This document shows positions 61,801-64,000 of a stretch of 64,000 nt of DNA, one piece after another. A program made the position numbers and the translations under genes. Origin of the DNA: Selaginella moellendorffii (Eukaryota; Plantae; Lycopodiophyta); contig NW_003314298.1 in the NCBI RefSeq assembly GCF_000143415.4, positions 496,001-560,000 of the forward strand, written 5' to 3'. Each line of letters opens with the position of its first letter. The stretch's first letter is position 1. The notes beneath the pieces are model-generated. The model ran no database searches, was not told where the DNA came from, and worked only from the letters and a program-made list of their open reading frames with translations.

Positions 61801-64000
61801 GGATCGTGTCATTAGGCTAACATGGTTTTTCTATGTTGGCATGTCAATTCCTTTGTCGATATCATTTGGTTACATTTGGTCTATAATGTTGGATTTCATT
61901 GAGTCTTGGACGTGGTGATTCACTCCTTGAGGAAGTGTTATCCGTGACTGAGTATTGTTGAGAGATTGGTCTCGGATACTGACTAAAGTATCTTTGACTT
62001 CGGTTAGCTTTGTTGCTGGAGAGTTTTGAGTGGTGATTCACTCGTGCTTTCTTCTAGCTTTGTTTTGGTGTTGATGACATTGAAGTGATGCCTTGTCATT
62101 GACATTGTTGATGTTGAGGTAAAATGAAATGAGATATCTCTCCATAGGATTGATATTGAGTTTCATTAGTCTTGATGGAGATAGTGTTGATGGTTTGGTT
62201 GTAGCTTTATGTTGTTGGCATTTGTACAATTGCTAGTTAGCAACTGTGTTGACGTTCAAATGAACTGAGTGGCAAGTTGAGTTAGTTGTGTTCTACACAA
62301 GATTGCTTAGTTAAGGTTAAGTTTTCGCTTTTCCTTGAAAAGTGATTTAGTCGTGGACAATGCTACCTCTATGAGAGGAAGAGTTAGTGATTGGTATTGA
62401 AGTGTTTGAATCCTTATTGGATTTGAGTTGGACTATATCAATCATTGATGATTCTTCTTGTGCTTGTTATGAAGTGAGTTACGTCTTGCTATAGATGGAT
62501 TCATGGAGGGTCATTTAGTGATCACTTGTTGAGCATAGCTCCATTGTGCTTAGCTTTTGGATTGATGCAGAAATGCTCTTCATTAGCTTTGGCATTATGA
62601 AATTTGGCTTATGGATGTGTTGAAGAAGACATTGTGGGTTGTACCATGATTTCTTCTTAAGCATTGAAGTTAGCTTCTATAAGACTCGTGATCATTATTA
62701 AGTAAGACTTAGCTATAGGCTTCTTCAAGCTTTGGTTCTTTGAGTTTTATGCTCATTGTTCCATTTGTTAGAAGTTGTTGGGGAAGGCATTTTGGCTCAT
62801 TAGCTTCGATGTTGAAGTTGGCTTTGCATCTGGCAATCATTGGTGATGATTGGCTATCATCTAGGGTAGTTAATTGTCCTTATCACAAGTTTTGCTTGAT
62901 TATTGTTGGTTTAGAATTATTTGCTATTCTTCGGGATGGTAGATTCTTTCTTAAACGATGATTATACATCACTACATTGATGGGCTAATTGACGATCTTT
63001 CATGATAGTTGGTTGTTTTCTTTGATGGCTTTGGCTTTTCGTAATACCACATGTTCTTTGTGGTTTGCTCTGGATTGGTCTCTTGGGTTTGAGACGTCAG
63101 TAGGATGTTGCTGGCACTTGCTTAGGCAACTTGAGTTCCTTGGTATTGTTGGCTGGGATCTATTCCGATTGGCTAGTGCAATAGTTGATATGAACAAGCG
63201 TTTGTTTGCTTTGCAAGATTCATTTTGTTCTGTTGATTATTGCTTGAGTTAGTTCTCATAGATTATGATGTTATTTCCTTCGGGTGAGACATTTGCGAGC
63301 ATTGTGCTGTTTAGTCAATGATACTTTGTGTTCTTTGAGTTGTGTTTTGTGAGTTGTTTGGCATGCTATCTGCCATTTTCGGTAGTTCAGTTTTATCATT
63401 GAGTTTCCTTGATGATCTACTTGCTATTGAATTTTGTTGGATGGTGATTCCTATGTTTACCACTTATAATGATCTTGGTGGTTCCTATCTACAATACTAC
63501 TGGTTTATCGGATGATAACTTGCTTAGAATACTTTTGTGTTCTACTCTAAGATATAATCACTAGTAATTAAGCTTCTCAGATATCATTGTCTCTGACTTT
63601 GATATAGTCCCTATATCTTGATCTTTGAGTTTGGGCCAGTATAGGCAGACTGGCTTCGGCACTTCGTGTGCATGGTGAAATCTCTAGTCATGGGGTAGCT
63701 ACTGTCGACTGGTCACATAACCCGCCTCTCTGTCGATGTTCCTTATTCCATTCAAAGGGCGTGACCGTGTAAACAACTCCAACTGCCTGTTTACAATAGT
63801 CTATCTAAACCTTACCGACGGGTTTGGTTTCTTTGCTCAGGAGGGTTGGGGCCTCTGGCTCCTCTCTCTATGTCCTTGCAGGCAGGGGCATATCACACTT
63901 TTGTAGCTGGGTGACACCCAGAGCAGCAAGGGTGGCTGACTCCGTTAGTCATTTCCTTGTCGGTGACGGCCGGAAGGTGTCTGAGCTGGTAGCGCATCCG
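55897..64000. mobile_element. Decayed repeat / probable TE-derived sequence, family not identified
   Basis: No long ORFs, strong strand skew, and internal duplications (55897-56580 vs 60286-60980; C copy 2 at 58834-60357; B copy 2 at 60999-61486). Confidence 0.5.

Noticed and set aside
60880-63300. Assignment to LINE or another TE family
   Set aside because: Only a weak CPLC hint; no RT, endonuclease or transposase motif was readable.

Overview
Eukaryotic, gene-dense land-plant nuclear DNA. Introns of about 50-70 nt and tiny intergenic spaces suggest a lycophyte such as Selaginella (inference, not verified). 1-47 kb holds compact genes: two head-to-head citrate-synthase-like paralogs, a UGT, a damaged PAC2, RPN3, a small basic protein, a THUMP protein, a frameshifted FCP1/SCP-like gene, ceramide kinase, an NDA-type NADH dehydrogenase, an intronless CPL4-like phosphatase, STK19-like, ABCG, NAT9-like, an S-domain receptor pseudokinase and an ATL RING-H2. 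A complete 5.0-kb Ty3/gypsy element sits at 19115-24123. 47.8-64 kb is a mosaic of local duplications and decayed repeats carrying two copies of a small secreted Cys-rich peptide. Best candidates for novelty: (1) the fully visible citrate-synthase-like gene splices to an open 14-exon CDS yet has catalytic His->Asp and Asp->Thr substitutions, no targeting peptide and four GC-AG introns, and lies head-to-head with a paralog and 330 bp from a UGT, suggesting a repurposed enzyme or micro-cluster; (2) stand-alone kissper-like (kiwellin N-domain only) peptide genes; (3) a GGGAAAC slippery site plus H-type pseudoknot and a 4-bp TSD in the retroelement. All exon joins and alignments were done by eye, with reference motifs recalled from memory.
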